IMG/VR virus record: IMGVR_UViG_3300020037_005233
Coordinates: 32,001-96,000 of that record
Strand: one strand, 5' to 3'
DNA: 64,000 nt
From: a virus
Lineage: Duplodnaviria; Caudoviricetes
The notes under the pieces: model-generated
Database searches by the model: none
What the model was told of the DNA's origin: nothing
What the model saw: the letters and a program-made list of their open reading frames with translations, nothing else
Shown: piece after piece, positions 8,764 through 18,636 of the stretch
How the letters are laid out: the number at the start of each line of letters is the position of its first letter
Numbering within the stretch: position 1 is the first letter of the stretch
Translations under genes and position numbers: made by a program

Positions 8764-8792
8764 CTTATAACCGAACTAGAGTGAATTTTTCC
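8764..8792 (-). promoter_or_regulatory. Phage promoter copy 4 (upstream of polA)
   Basis: GGAAAA-N17-TATAAG. Confidence 0.75.
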
Positions 8793-8895
8793 GTTTTAAA
8801 CTAGATCAGAATTTCGAACAGTTTGGCGGATACATAGCACAAAATAAGTGCAGCTGCTATGCATAGAAGGGATAGTTGCATGTCAAAGTCTTGTT

Positions 8896-9438
8896 TCATT
8901 TGCGTGCCTTTGGGTGGTGAACGGATTCGTCTTTTCTTACACGGCCGTACCAGACCGATTCTTCTTTAATACTCTTAACATCTAGCATGCCCAGGTCTTT
9001 GAATAACCTCAACGGAGACTTTAGATTAGCTCTGATGGCGTTCCAGCCGCCCTCCCTAATCACACGCCAACATTCTTCGGTGAACGGGGCTCTGAGAGCG
9101 TCATCCATTATGTCTACGAAAACAGCGTCGTAATCATTGGTATCTACGCCGCTCAGGTCTTTAGCGACGATGGCTAGTTTAATCCTGGTAGGTAATTGTG
9201 ACATGAGTGATTCAGCAGATCGCATCTCTGTATGAACAGCGTTACTACCGTCTTCAGGCACTACTAGCGTTATCTCAACCCCGTACTTTTCAGCCAAACC
9301 CTCTAAGGTGGCTACATTGCGTGTAACCTTCCCTACAAATAAAAGGCGCTTTGGAATTTCAGCCACGGCAAAAGGCTCGTGATTTATCTTATAGACTTGC
9401 AGGTTTAGTATGCGGGCCAGTGTTTCGTGTAGTGCCAT
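8896..9438 (-). CDS. Hypothetical, possibly degenerate Rossmann/methyltransferase-like
   Basis: YDAVFVD...ECWRVIREGG resembles MTase C-terminal motifs; glycine loop absent. Confidence 0.45.
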   Translation of the reverse strand: MALHETLARILNLQVYKINHEPFAVAEIPKRLLFVGKVTRNVATLEGLAEKYGVEITLVVPEDGSNAVHTEMRSAESLMSQLPTRIKLAIVAKDLSGVDTNDYDAVFVDIMDDALRAPFTEECWRVIREGGWNAIRANLKSPLRLFKDLGMLDVKSIKEESVWYGRVRKDESVHHPKARK

Positions 9439-9445
9439 GTATGCC

Positions 9446-10423
9446 TCAAAGGTTTTCGTATATCTGTACTAGTCTTGCAGCAAGAGTGTTTGGATGCCAG
9501 TACTTCTCCATCCAAGCCCTACTTTTATTCCCCACTACCTGTAACTCTTGCATAGGCTTTGATGATAGCGTCTTTATGGTTTGGTAAAGTGAGCCGATGG
9601 TGCTGTGTATTGCGGGCAAATCTTCCATGCCTTCCTCGCCAACAACTGTTTTCATCGCTGCCTTTGTTTTATCGTCCATATTACATAAGGTCACGCACCC
9701 TGCTGACATATATTCTAAGAACGACAGATGGTAGCTGCCTGTGATGAGTTCTTCCACACCCATGTGAGACCATCTTTTTCTGCTCAAACAATCTAGATAA
9801 CTTGTGTTTACGATCACGTCTTTTGTGATGCTTCCCTCTAGCTCTAGCTTAGTAAGCGCGATCGCTACAAAATCATATCCTTTATCGTCCCACCCTCTTA
9901 AGGTAGTGTTCGAGGGGGAGAAGCTTACGTTAACGGGCCCGCTATCCCATTTATAAGGCATGGGCGTGTACTTGATATCGTTGATTGGTAGTATATTAGG
10001 GACGATGAAATTCGCTTCAGGATAATGTCTGACATGGTACTGTGCAAGCACCGCTCGTCTACCATCAAAGAAGGGGTCCTTTAGTGTATTCTCGAAGCTT
10101 TCTGTACTGTCTCTGGGGGAGTGGTACTGGATAAGGCATTTTTTTGATCTGGCGATAGACTCTAGTCTAGGGCCCGCAGCTCCCTTAAATATGTGCTGCT
10201 CGAAAGCGAAGTTGTGGAAGTGGATTACGTCTGCTGATACAAACGCATGCTCGAGTGCGCCCGGAGGCGCGTTGTGCCATAGCTGGCCACCGACAAAGAT
10301 TTTGTTTATGTTTTGCTGTCTGTCGACAAACAGCTCGGCCTCGCACCCGACATCGTTTAGAGCAGCGACGGTGTTAGCTGGTGCGTTAGATAGCGGCGTG
10401 TTGCTAAGGTGCAGCACTCTCAT
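9446..10423 (-). CDS. Glycosyltransferase-like (GT-B) protein
   Basis: MRVLHLS start, ADVIHFHN, SFLEYMSAGCVTL, ending LVQIYENL as in GT4-like proteins. Confidence 0.7.
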   Translation of the reverse strand: MRVLHLSNTPLSNAPANTVAALNDVGCEAELFVDRQQNINKIFVGGQLWHNAPPGALEHAFVSADVIHFHNFAFEQHIFKGAAGPRLESIARSKKCLIQYHSPRDSTESFENTLKDPFFDGRRAVLAQYHVRHYPEANFIVPNILPINDIKYTPMPYKWDSGPVNVSFSPSNTTLRGWDDKGYDFVAIALTKLELEGSITKDVIVNTSYLDCLSRKRWSHMGVEELITGSYHLSFLEYMSAGCVTLCNMDDKTKAAMKTVVGEEGMEDLPAIHSTIGSLYQTIKTLSSKPMQELQVVGNKSRAWMEKYWHPNTLAARLVQIYENL

Positions 10424-10863
10424 GTGAGGCTCCCTTGTACCAAGTCTTTCTCACCCTTCTCCCCCGCACAAGTGGAGAGCATCTTATCTGTGTACCTAAT
10501 CCATATAGGCCGTTTTGGGTCAAACTCATGATCGTGGACAGGGTTACCCCACCCATCTGTGTACCTGATAAAGCCACGGTGCCTGAGCTCGGTAAGCCCT
10601 AGAGCCACATGTTTTGGGTTATACCCGCTGTTCTCAAATCCCCAGATTATGTTGGACAGAAGCCCCTCAGCCACTCTACCGTCTTTTGCAAAGCACTGGT
10701 GAAGCCCTATGAAAACAAGAGTCGCTTGGTTTCCTGACGAAATCTCACTTGGAACTTCCGACATCCCGCGATAAAGTGGTACAATGACCTGCAAGGGTTC
10801 CTTTGTAGAGTCGACAAGGATGTCTGTAGACATCACAACCGAGGGCTTGGGCTTGTTTTCCAT
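10420..10863 (-). CDS. Hypothetical protein (possible winged helix)
   Basis: GLTELRHRGFIRY pattern. Confidence 0.55.
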   Translation of the reverse strand: MENKPKPSVVMSTDILVDSTKEPLQVIVPLYRGMSEVPSEISSGNQATLVFIGLHQCFAKDGRVAEGLLSNIIWGFENSGYNPKHVALGLTELRHRGFIRYTDGWGNPVHDHEFDPKRPIWIRYTDKMLSTCAGEKGEKDLVQGSLT

Positions 10864-10937
10864 AGTATTGAGTTTCCTTCTGCAGAGCTTACGCTTCTTG
10901 GCTTAGCCCCGCAAGTGCGTTAAAATGAGGTCATCAC

Positions 10938-11270
10938 ATGTTTAGCACAGGTTTTAAAAAAATAGCAACAGCGCCCACAGTCAACCTCACGCCAGAGGAA
11001 TATTATGCTACAGTAGGTGGTAAAGATCCTTATGTTGGCGCAGTAATAGGATCCGCAGTAGGCGGCATCGCTGGCGCTATCAAAGGCAAATCTAACCGCA
11101 GCAAAGCAGCTATCTTAGGTGCTTTAGCAGGCGAGGCGGCAGGGGCCGGCACTGGCTACATCGGTGGTAAAGCTGTAAGAAGCTATCAGGCTAGAAAAGT
11201 TCGCAGATTAACAGGGGATTTGAATATAAGAGCTACGCCATCTCGTAGCTACGGCGGGGAGAACGCGTAA
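10938..11270 (+). CDS. Putative virion internal protein, tag MFSTGFKKIA, glycine zipper
   Basis: Motif; first gene of the structural block. Confidence 0.75.
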   Translation: MFSTGFKKIATAPTVNLTPEEYYATVGGKDPYVGAVIGSAVGGIAGAIKGKSNRSKAAILGALAGEAAGAGTGYIGGKAVRSYQARKVRRLTGDLNIRATPSRSYGGENA

Positions 11271-12154
11271 TGTATAGATCTAAAGAAGTTTTGAACACGA
11301 TGGCTAAGATTGCTGCTGACGCTTATCTAGGTAAGCAAAAGACTGTGCTTAACGATAGCCTGAAAAAGATCGCAAAAGATGAGGGTCTTACCCCACACCA
11401 GATTGAGTACGTGGCTGCGGAAGCAAACAAAACTGTATGGGCGGATCTGTTTAAAATGGATAAGACAGCAAGCTATGACTTCGCTCTTGCCGAGCCAGGG
11501 TTAGTAATTAAAGAATTACAGCTTAAAGAAAGCACCGGACAAATTAAAGAGGCTCAGATGGATTATTTAGGCAGCCCTGTATTTAATAAGACCGCCGTAG
11601 ATAAGAGTGTTTACGGTGAGTTTGTGACGCTCTCTACAGACTCAGCGTCCTACGACCAGGTTAAGCTTGCAAGTCACAGAGGTGATTTGAAACGTACCAT
11701 GGTTTCTCGTATGGAGAAAATGGCTCATCTCAGAGATGAGCTCAGCATGGAAATGATTAAGACCAGCACGGCTATCGACAACTGCCGTAAAGCTTTTATT
11801 AAAGAAGCTAGAACGCTTGTTATGGAAACCCCATTCACCGATCGCGGGATTGCTATGGACAAGATCGCTGAGTTCGTAAGATCCGCGGGGTTTAAAGAAG
11901 TCGGCAAAGACCTCATGGCCAAGCTATCACACGTGGTTAAATCACAGGGCCTGATCAAACAAGCAGACCTCAAAGCCCCTGAAGAATATATCAGTGACAA
12001 GCTCCCTGCCAGAATCATCAACGGCAGACACCAGCTTTATATCACTATCCAGACTCTTCATAAGCTTCAAGAACAGGAACTTGGGCTGCAACGAAATTAT
12101 GAGATTGTCGACAGCTCGCTTCCTATTTTGAAGGAGAAGATCCGTGAGCTCTAA
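11270..12154 (+). CDS. Putative head/core protein rich in K-x-A sites
   Basis: KIA, KTA, KEA, KLA, KMA, KQA recur; position in head module. Confidence 0.7.
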   Translation: MYRSKEVLNTMAKIAADAYLGKQKTVLNDSLKKIAKDEGLTPHQIEYVAAEANKTVWADLFKMDKTASYDFALAEPGLVIKELQLKESTGQIKEAQMDYLGSPVFNKTAVDKSVYGEFVTLSTDSASYDQVKLASHRGDLKRTMVSRMEKMAHLRDELSMEMIKTSTAIDNCRKAFIKEARTLVMETPFTDRGIAMDKIAEFVRSAGFKEVGKDLMAKLSHVVKSQGLIKQADLKAPEEYISDKLPARIINGRHQLYITIQTLHKLQEQELGLQRNYEIVDSSLPILKEKIREL

Positions 12155-12362
12155 GTTTACCACTGGCTTCTATAAAGTAGCTTTTGTGGGGGCACTCGTA
12201 GGAGCTCTCGGCAAAGGCGCTTTGGGAGCTGGTAAGCTTGCATGGAAAGGTGCTAAAGCCGCTAGTGGTGGATCAGCACTTGGAGCAGCACTAAATGCTT
12301 CTCAGTTGGTGGGTGATACCCAAACCAACTGGAACAAGATGCAGAAAGCATACAGGAACTAA
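12144..12362 (+). CDS. Small tagged Gly/Ala-rich virion protein (SKFTTGFYKVA)
   Basis: Motif; overlaps upstream stop. Confidence 0.7.
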   Translation: MSSKFTTGFYKVAFVGALVGALGKGALGAGKLAWKGAKAASGGSALGAALNASQLVGDTQTNWNKMQKAYRN

Positions 12363-12365
12363 CCC

Positions 12366-13754
12366 ATGTCTAAATTAATGAGGCAGGCAAAGGTAGACTT
12401 ATTAGCTCTAAGCAAGATTGCAAATACAGCAACACCACAGGGCAGTGAGCTTAAGGCCTGGCTTAGACTTCTAGCTCCCGCAATGCTTACAGCGGGCATT
12501 GGTGGTATCGCAGGATACAAGGCAGGGAAAAACAGTGAGAGTGCTATCAAGGAAGAGGCAGACAAGCTTAAAGCCAGTTTCCACAGCACCTTTGATAAGT
12601 CCCCTTCCTTTAAGAAGGACCCATCTTTGTACAGCCAGCGATTTAGCGAGCTTGCCCTCATTTCACCCACTATTGCTAAAAATCCTAACTTCGCGCACAA
12701 AATCATCGAAGGTAGTTTACACACAGGATTCGGTGTAGACGACATTCATAAATTATCCGCGATTGAGTTTCAACGCTCTAATACCAAGCAACTATCTATG
12801 CCAGAGCAAGCATCTGCCGCAGCAAGGGCTAATGCTATGAGCACAGTAGTAAACATATTTGGCGTACGCATGTTGGACGGTGTGCTGGAGGCCGGTAAGG
12901 ACCTTAATGATATTCACGCTGCTAGGGTCGCCAAGACTGTTGCAGAAAATGAGGCTGGGTCAGCCGCTTCTAAAGCCAGTGGCATACATAAAGTTCAGGA
13001 TGCTCCGTTCAACAGCAAACAAAAAGACATTCTTAGAGAAGCGATGGACGCTGAAACTGCAAAGTATATGGCAGAGAAAAAGCTTAGAGCCGCCGCAGCT
13101 ACCGCACCTAAAGAAGATAAGAAACCGGGCGGTTTGTTCGGGTGGTTAAAAAAGGAAAGTTCTATGGCAAATGTAAGTGACGAGTGTTTAGGACAGATGC
13201 TGGCTGAGCGCCACCAGATGTTAAAAACTGCTGGTATGTGGGATAGCATTAAAAAGAACATGGGCCCTGGCACAGAGGCTATGGCTGGTTACTTGAAGTT
13301 CATGGCACCCTCTCTGTTAATTGGTGGCGGCGGTGCTCTAGTTCAGCACGTGCTACAAAGTCAGAAAGATAAGAAGGCCGCTAATGAGGCGGAGCAGGTT
13401 TATTTAAACATTGCTAAGTCTAGCGATGTGATGAAGCAGAACCCTGCCGCAGCACGCGAGATTTTCTCTACTATGCAGATGTTCGCACCAACTCTAGCGA
13501 CTAGGCCGATGCTGGTTAAAACTTTTGTAGAGCACACACTGCAAAACGATCATATGGCTCCTCAAGCAATTAAAGAACTTGCGGATGCAGAGGCTTCTGC
13601 TGGGCGCAAAGGTGGCACAACCTTCCTTAAAAGCTTTAAAGAAAACGTTGATCTTGTTGGTAAGCCTGTCGCAGATTTTGGGACACAGTTTGATAAAGCC
13701 AAGAAAGAACACGCTAAGAGAAGTAGTACATTCGCCGAGCGAGATAAAAAATAA
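12366..13754 (+). CDS. Putative virion internal/ejection protein with duplicated domain
   Basis: Two copies of hydrophobic Gly helix + F..L...(S/A)PT(I/L)A..P domain. Confidence 0.65.
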   Translation: MSKLMRQAKVDLLALSKIANTATPQGSELKAWLRLLAPAMLTAGIGGIAGYKAGKNSESAIKEEADKLKASFHSTFDKSPSFKKDPSLYSQRFSELALISPTIAKNPNFAHKIIEGSLHTGFGVDDIHKLSAIEFQRSNTKQLSMPEQASAAARANAMSTVVNIFGVRMLDGVLEAGKDLNDIHAARVAKTVAENEAGSAASKASGIHKVQDAPFNSKQKDILREAMDAETAKYMAEKKLRAAAATAPKEDKKPGGLFGWLKKESSMANVSDECLGQMLAERHQMLKTAGMWDSIKKNMGPGTEAMAGYLKFMAPSLLIGGGGALVQHVLQSQKDKKAANEAEQVYLNIAKSSDVMKQNPAAAREIFSTMQMFAPTLATRPMLVKTFVEHTLQNDHMAPQAIKELADAEASAGRKGGTTFLKSFKENVDLVGKPVADFGTQFDKAKKEHAKRSSTFAERDKK

Positions 13755-15682
13755 TGGAAAAACGGGCAGTATTCGGTGAGAACGTTGGTAAGGAACGGGA
13801 CGTCTTCTTTATAAAAGAAGATCGTAACTACCTTATTAAGCGTGCTAGCCAGTACCACCCAGAAATCCAAAAATATATCGACAATGCCACACCTATTAAG
13901 GATCTGGTGCAGGTGCTTATCACGGCGCTAGGTGCTTACGAGCAGTGGGGCATTAATGCAAATGCCGATGCTTTTCCAGAGGCTGCTTTGTCGCACAAAG
14001 GCGACGACTTTGGTTACGAGACATTCAAAACAAACGCCAACTATTTCTTACATCATGTTAATAAGGATCCTTCCCTTGCCAAAGGCAAGGTCCTGCATAC
14101 GGTATGGAACCAAAAGGCAAAGCGTGTAGAACTTGTTATCGGCATCGATGTTAATCTTGACCCTGAAGGCGTGAGCTCTGTAGCTAACGGCGAAGCACTT
14201 GCATTCAGCATGGGCTCCAGACTTCCTTACGATGTTTGTAGCATCTGTGGCAATAAGGCTAAGACACGCGCCGAGTACTGTGATCATCTGAAGTATCAGC
14301 TAAGACAGATGGACCCTGTTACAGGCAAATTAGTCTACGCCAACAACACGCTCCCTAAATTTTTTGATATCAGCCGCGTCCTTATCCCTGCCGATAAGAC
14401 TGCTTATATGTGGACCAAGGTAGCCGCTGCCGCAGGTGATAACCCTTTTGCAAAGCTTGGCTCCGCTGAGTTAGCGGCACTCCCACCAGGCAAGATCAAC
14501 GACCTCTCGTACCTAAGGAAGATCGCTACCGATCGTGAAGCTCTCAATAAAGAAGCTGTTAAGAAATCCGCTGCCGTCAGTAAGTCAGCGTACATAAAAA
14601 AGCAGATTCCGGTACAGGTACCAGCTCCTAAAGTAGTCTGTAAATTAGAAGAAATTATCCCCATCGCTAAGTTAGCTTTGGAGGCTAATTCCCCTAACAT
14701 TGATATAAATGTGTTTCGTGGCCACTCGCTTCCAGAGGCTATGGTCACGCTTCTTGCCATGGGTATAGTCCCTAAGCGCGATGAGATGACGGGAATGCAC
14801 GAGCTATTTGTAGCTCATAAGCCATCCGTGCTGGATAATTTGACTACAGGCATCGATAATTTTAGTAGAAAACTAGCGGATAAGTTAGTTCCTTATGTCG
14901 AGGAAAGAAGTTTTAGCAAGCCTATTTTGTTGAAAAGGTTGATGAAAACGGCAGCTCTTCCTTCTACTAAGCTTCGTGCGCTGGTAAACCCTTCTAGTAG
15001 TAAACTAGACAAGTTAGCAGAAGGCTCCACTGCTCATGCAGGTTTAGCCGCAGCGATCGCGGCCGCCCTTTACGCGATGATGTCCGGCGGGGCTGAGAAG
15101 AGATCAGCTGGTATGGGTAGGCTTATCGCAGACCATCCCTTCATCGCCATGGCACTAGGTGCTGGCATGATTAAAACACTAAGAAACTTAAATCCTAGCC
15201 GCCAAGTAGAATCTGGTCAGATTACTCTTGCTGATCCAACTCGTGGCCTCTATAATAATGACTGGCAGAGTCGGTTTAGAGATCTTCAAACACGACCTGT
15301 CGCGGTTATAAAAACCGGGTCTGTGTCAGTCACTACTGCAAGCCAACTTATCGATGGAATGTCGTTGCTGTTTCAGCATGCAAACCTAAATAAACTGGCG
15401 CAATCACAGCACCCTGTTACCGATTTTATTTTACAAAATCCAAGCAAATTTGAGTTAGGACTTATTGGCGCCTACGCCGACGGTCAGAATGTGTCTGAGA
15501 AAATCGGATCCATGATGGCTTCTGCTAGTCGTTTGATTAAGTCCGCGTCCTTAGGTAATCTCGAATTTCTTGAGATGTTGCCAGACACCGACAGGGACGT
15601 TGTATGGGATCTGGCTATTATTAACGCGGCTGATGAAATCAATCGCAAAATTGTCGAGGGAGGCTCTTATGGCAACTCTTAA
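13754..15682 (+). CDS. Prohead maturation protease with Zn ribbon and C-terminal extension
   Basis: FLHH, FSMG (catalytic Ser), CSICGN..CDHL, FFDISRV..PAD. Confidence 0.75.
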   Translation: MEKRAVFGENVGKERDVFFIKEDRNYLIKRASQYHPEIQKYIDNATPIKDLVQVLITALGAYEQWGINANADAFPEAALSHKGDDFGYETFKTNANYFLHHVNKDPSLAKGKVLHTVWNQKAKRVELVIGIDVNLDPEGVSSVANGEALAFSMGSRLPYDVCSICGNKAKTRAEYCDHLKYQLRQMDPVTGKLVYANNTLPKFFDISRVLIPADKTAYMWTKVAAAAGDNPFAKLGSAELAALPPGKINDLSYLRKIATDREALNKEAVKKSAAVSKSAYIKKQIPVQVPAPKVVCKLEEIIPIAKLALEANSPNIDINVFRGHSLPEAMVTLLAMGIVPKRDEMTGMHELFVAHKPSVLDNLTTGIDNFSRKLADKLVPYVEERSFSKPILLKRLMKTAALPSTKLRALVNPSSSKLDKLAEGSTAHAGLAAAIAAALYAMMSGGAEKRSAGMGRLIADHPFIAMALGAGMIKTLRNLNPSRQVESGQITLADPTRGLYNNDWQSRFRDLQTRPVAVIKTGSVSVTTASQLIDGMSLLFQHANLNKLAQSQHPVTDFILQNPSKFELGLIGAYADGQNVSEKIGSMMASASRLIKSASLGNLEFLEMLPDTDRDVVWDLAIINAADEINRKIVEGGSYGNS

Positions 15683-16295
15683 TGAACTGATGGCGGAAGT
15701 AGGCCTTTCTGTTTCTGGAAACGGACACACTAAGGAAGCTCAAGCACCTAAGTCAGTTAACGAAGAGATCAGTAAGGTATTAGAGAATCTCGGATTAGGT
15801 GGAGATGCTGAAACCATCAAGACCGCGTCTGAGGCAACACAAAACGAAGAAAACGGAGGCCCTATGGGTTTGACCAGTATTTATGAAGGTTTGTTCGGAG
15901 AAGAAGCAGCAGCTGCTGTTTCCACCCACCAAGAAAAAACAGCATCTGAACATGAAGAAGGCGATGTCTCGGCTTCCGATGTTTTCGGACAGCTTGCTGC
16001 AGCTTATTTCGGCGTAGCTAAAGAAGAGTATGTCGAGAAAGTAGCCGCTGATTTGGAAGCTGCTGCTGGCGCAGGACATGATCCTATGGCAAGCCTTGGA
16101 ACTGGTGGACAACTCACCGGTATCATCGGTAAAGAAAAAAGCCCACGCCTCCCAGTGAATGCTCAACAGGGCGAAAGCCATGATGTCACCACCGGCGGAA
16201 CTTCTCCATATAATTTGGCATTGGCGCAGGTGAAACAAATCCTTAAGCGTAGTATTAAAACCGAGCCCGGTGTATCCGGCGGTTATAACCAGTAA
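15669..16295 (+). CDS. Acidic scaffold-like protein
   Basis: GGAGG SD before MATLNE; KEA, KTA, KTA, KVA sites. Confidence 0.65.
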   Translation: MATLNELMAEVGLSVSGNGHTKEAQAPKSVNEEISKVLENLGLGGDAETIKTASEATQNEENGGPMGLTSIYEGLFGEEAAAAVSTHQEKTASEHEEGDVSASDVFGQLAAAYFGVAKEEYVEKVAADLEAAAGAGHDPMASLGTGGQLTGIIGKEKSPRLPVNAQQGESHDVTTGGTSPYNLALAQVKQILKRSIKTEPGVSGGYNQ

Positions 16296-16323
16296 TCGTA
16301 AGATCTGAAGAGGAGAATATAAA

Positions 16324-17256
16324 ATGCATACACAAATTGAACAGATTCTTTCATCCCTGACCGAGGAAGATGTGCAATCTATCTTGAATACACAATTTCC
16401 TGAAGAACTCGAAAAGCAGGCTGCTGCAGAATTAGCTAGCGAAGACCTCGCTCAAGCTCTTTATGCATTCGGCGCTTACCAAGCTGATCGTGAACTTGCT
16501 GAAGTTGACGGCGTTGAAAAAGTTGCTGCTGAACAAACTGAAGAGTTTGATTCTGCTGAAGCTGAGATCGCTAACGCAATCGAAGAAGCTCTCGAAGCAT
16601 CTGGCGTACTCGATTCTGAAGACGAACTCACTGTACAAAAAGAAGCTCAGGCTGCTGCAGGACTTATCTTTGCTGGTTATTCTGCACAGATCGAAAAGAT
16701 CGCAGAAGAAGCTAAAGAAGTCCCTGGCAAGATGGCTAAAGTTAAAGCCGCTCTTGTTAAGATGCAAGAATCAGCTAAAGCTCACGCTGCTAAGGCAAAA
16801 GGCCATGTCGGCGCACACGCCGGCAAGTACGGTTTGGCTGCTGGTATCGTCGGTGGTATCGCTGCTAAGCACATGCATGATAAGCACATGAGCAAGAAAG
16901 CTTCAGAGCTTTCTGTTGATGAACTTACTGGCCAAGTATTGGCTAAGCTTGCTGTAGCTCAAGAGATTGAGTTGGGCGTTGAAAAGCTTGCGAGTGCCGC
17001 TACTGAAAGTGCGGCTAGACTAGCAAAAAAAGTAATCCCTGGCTCTGCTATGACCGCGACTGAAAAGGCTAAAGCTTTAGACAAGTATTTGTTAAAAAAG
17101 CACCCAGTCGGTCATAGGGTAGAAAAGCTTAAGGGCGCGGCTACTGATGCTGGCAAGTACTTAAGAGCTAACGTCAAGCCTATCGCTGGCGGAGCTGCTG
17201 TTGGTATGGCTGCTGGAGCTCTCGGCCACAAAGCTTTGAGCAAGAAGGAAGACTAG
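16324..17256 (+). CDS. Scaffold/core polyprotein-like protein
   Basis: Ala/Glu-rich, many EKxA sites, Gly-zipper segments, strongly biased codons. Confidence 0.7.
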   Translation: MHTQIEQILSSLTEEDVQSILNTQFPEELEKQAAAELASEDLAQALYAFGAYQADRELAEVDGVEKVAAEQTEEFDSAEAEIANAIEEALEASGVLDSEDELTVQKEAQAAAGLIFAGYSAQIEKIAEEAKEVPGKMAKVKAALVKMQESAKAHAAKAKGHVGAHAGKYGLAAGIVGGIAAKHMHDKHMSKKASELSVDELTGQVLAKLAVAQEIELGVEKLASAATESAARLAKKVIPGSAMTATEKAKALDKYLLKKHPVGHRVEKLKGAATDAGKYLRANVKPIAGGAAVGMAAGALGHKALSKKED

Positions 17257-17258
17257 TC

Positions 17259-17753
17259 ATGGCTATCAAGTCACTACAAACCCTCATGGACGAGGCCGAC
17301 AGGTTGATTGCATCAACCCGTGGCGACGTTGTGAAGGTTGCGGCAGTGGCTGGGTTAGATGACGTTGTGGGAGTTGCGCAGGCATTAATTAATGCTGGCG
17401 CTATTGAATCTGGAAATGACTCTGGGGTTGTGAAAACAGCCTCGGAGTCTTCCGGGTTTGATAAACTGGCTCTCGCACTCAATCGGTCGCTTGCGGCTGT
17501 TGAGATTGAGTCGATGGAAAAGATTGCTAAGTTCTGCGGCTCTGCCCAGAACAACGGGTACACAGATCAACAGATTACAGAGGCAGTCCAAAAGATTGCC
17601 GCTGCAAGTGTTAAAAAAAATCTGGCTACCTTAGTAGCTCTCGAAGCATCGACTACGGTAGGTACGGGTATTACTCAAAAAGTTAAGAAGCCTGTGTCTA
17701 CTGACCAAGGCTGCGATGTCGACCTGACTAACAACATGGGGAGGGGGCTATGA
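17259..17753 (+). CDS. Putative head protein
   Basis: KVA, KTA, KLA, KIA, KIA sites. Confidence 0.65.
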   Translation: MAIKSLQTLMDEADRLIASTRGDVVKVAAVAGLDDVVGVAQALINAGAIESGNDSGVVKTASESSGFDKLALALNRSLAAVEIESMEKIAKFCGSAQNNGYTDQQITEAVQKIAAASVKKNLATLVALEASTTVGTGITQKVKKPVSTDQGCDVDLTNNMGRGL

Positions 17754-18100
17754 AAACAGTCTCTCTGGACATGGTTAAACAGGCCGGTGTTTTACTGAAG
17801 CGAGAACATGAGGAGCGTTTGCGGCTAGAAAAAGTAGCTTCTGCGCTCGAACATGAAAAACGTGCGATGAAAATTGCATTTCGTGAGGTAGAATTAGGTA
17901 TTGCAGAGCCTTTTAAAACATTTGATGAGTTTTTGAGTAAGGTTGCAAACCTAACTCAAGAAAACCTCGATATCGTCGAGAAGGCTTTGGAACGGGGTTA
18001 TGGTTCTTCTTTCCATACCGCAGAGCTATCTGATGGGAGCCCAGCTCCCAGAGGAAGTAATGCATTGGAAAGATGGGTTTTGAATGGCGAGGAAGCATAA
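17750..18100 (+). CDS. Scaffold-like coiled-coil protein
   Basis: Position before decoration/MCP; KQA, KVA, KRA, KIA sites. Confidence 0.65.
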   Translation: MKTVSLDMVKQAGVLLKREHEERLRLEKVASALEHEKRAMKIAFREVELGIAEPFKTFDEFLSKVANLTQENLDIVEKALERGYGSSFHTAELSDGSPAPRGSNALERWVLNGEEA

Positions 18101-18115
18101 AAAGGAGAAAATACT

Positions 18116-18583
18116 ATGTCACTTCCTAGTGAATTGATTGCACCTATCAGCGTAGATCTTCGAGCAGAAGAGCTTGCTTTAGAAGTAATCAAAGGTAATG
18201 AAAAGTTGATGGTTATTGATGGCGCTTTAGCCTCAGGAGTTAACGTAGCAGCTGGTGACTGGGTTTTGAAAACCACCACTGGTTTCGACGAAATTCCTAC
18301 AGGCAACGGTCAACCACACGTGTATCCTGTCGTTACTGGTAACAACCAGTACGATGCATTGGCTACTGGAAATGTTACTGCTGCTATCGGCGGCGGTTTC
18401 ATCTACCGTACCAATAAGTATGTAGCTGGTTCCTACACCGTCGGTCAGGCTTTGACAGTCAAAGACTTGGGCGCTGGTGAGATGGTTCCGTCTGCTGCAG
18501 GTGTCAACGATGCTATCGTTGCTCGTGTGTACAATATCGATGCTGTAAAAAGCATTATGGAAATCTTGGTTCTTAATCGCTAG
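18116..18583 (+). CDS. Capsid decoration (cement) protein
   Basis: 155-aa beta-rich protein directly upstream of MCP; Y.VG..L motif. Confidence 0.65.
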   Translation: MSLPSELIAPISVDLRAEELALEVIKGNEKLMVIDGALASGVNVAAGDWVLKTTTGFDEIPTGNGQPHVYPVVTGNNQYDALATGNVTAAIGGGFIYRTNKYVAGSYTVGQALTVKDLGAGEMVPSAAGVNDAIVARVYNIDAVKSIMEILVLNR

Positions 18584-18636
18584 TAGCGGTTGAGATCTTA
18601 GAAAACTAAGCCAACCTAAGAAGGAGGAGGCTACAA

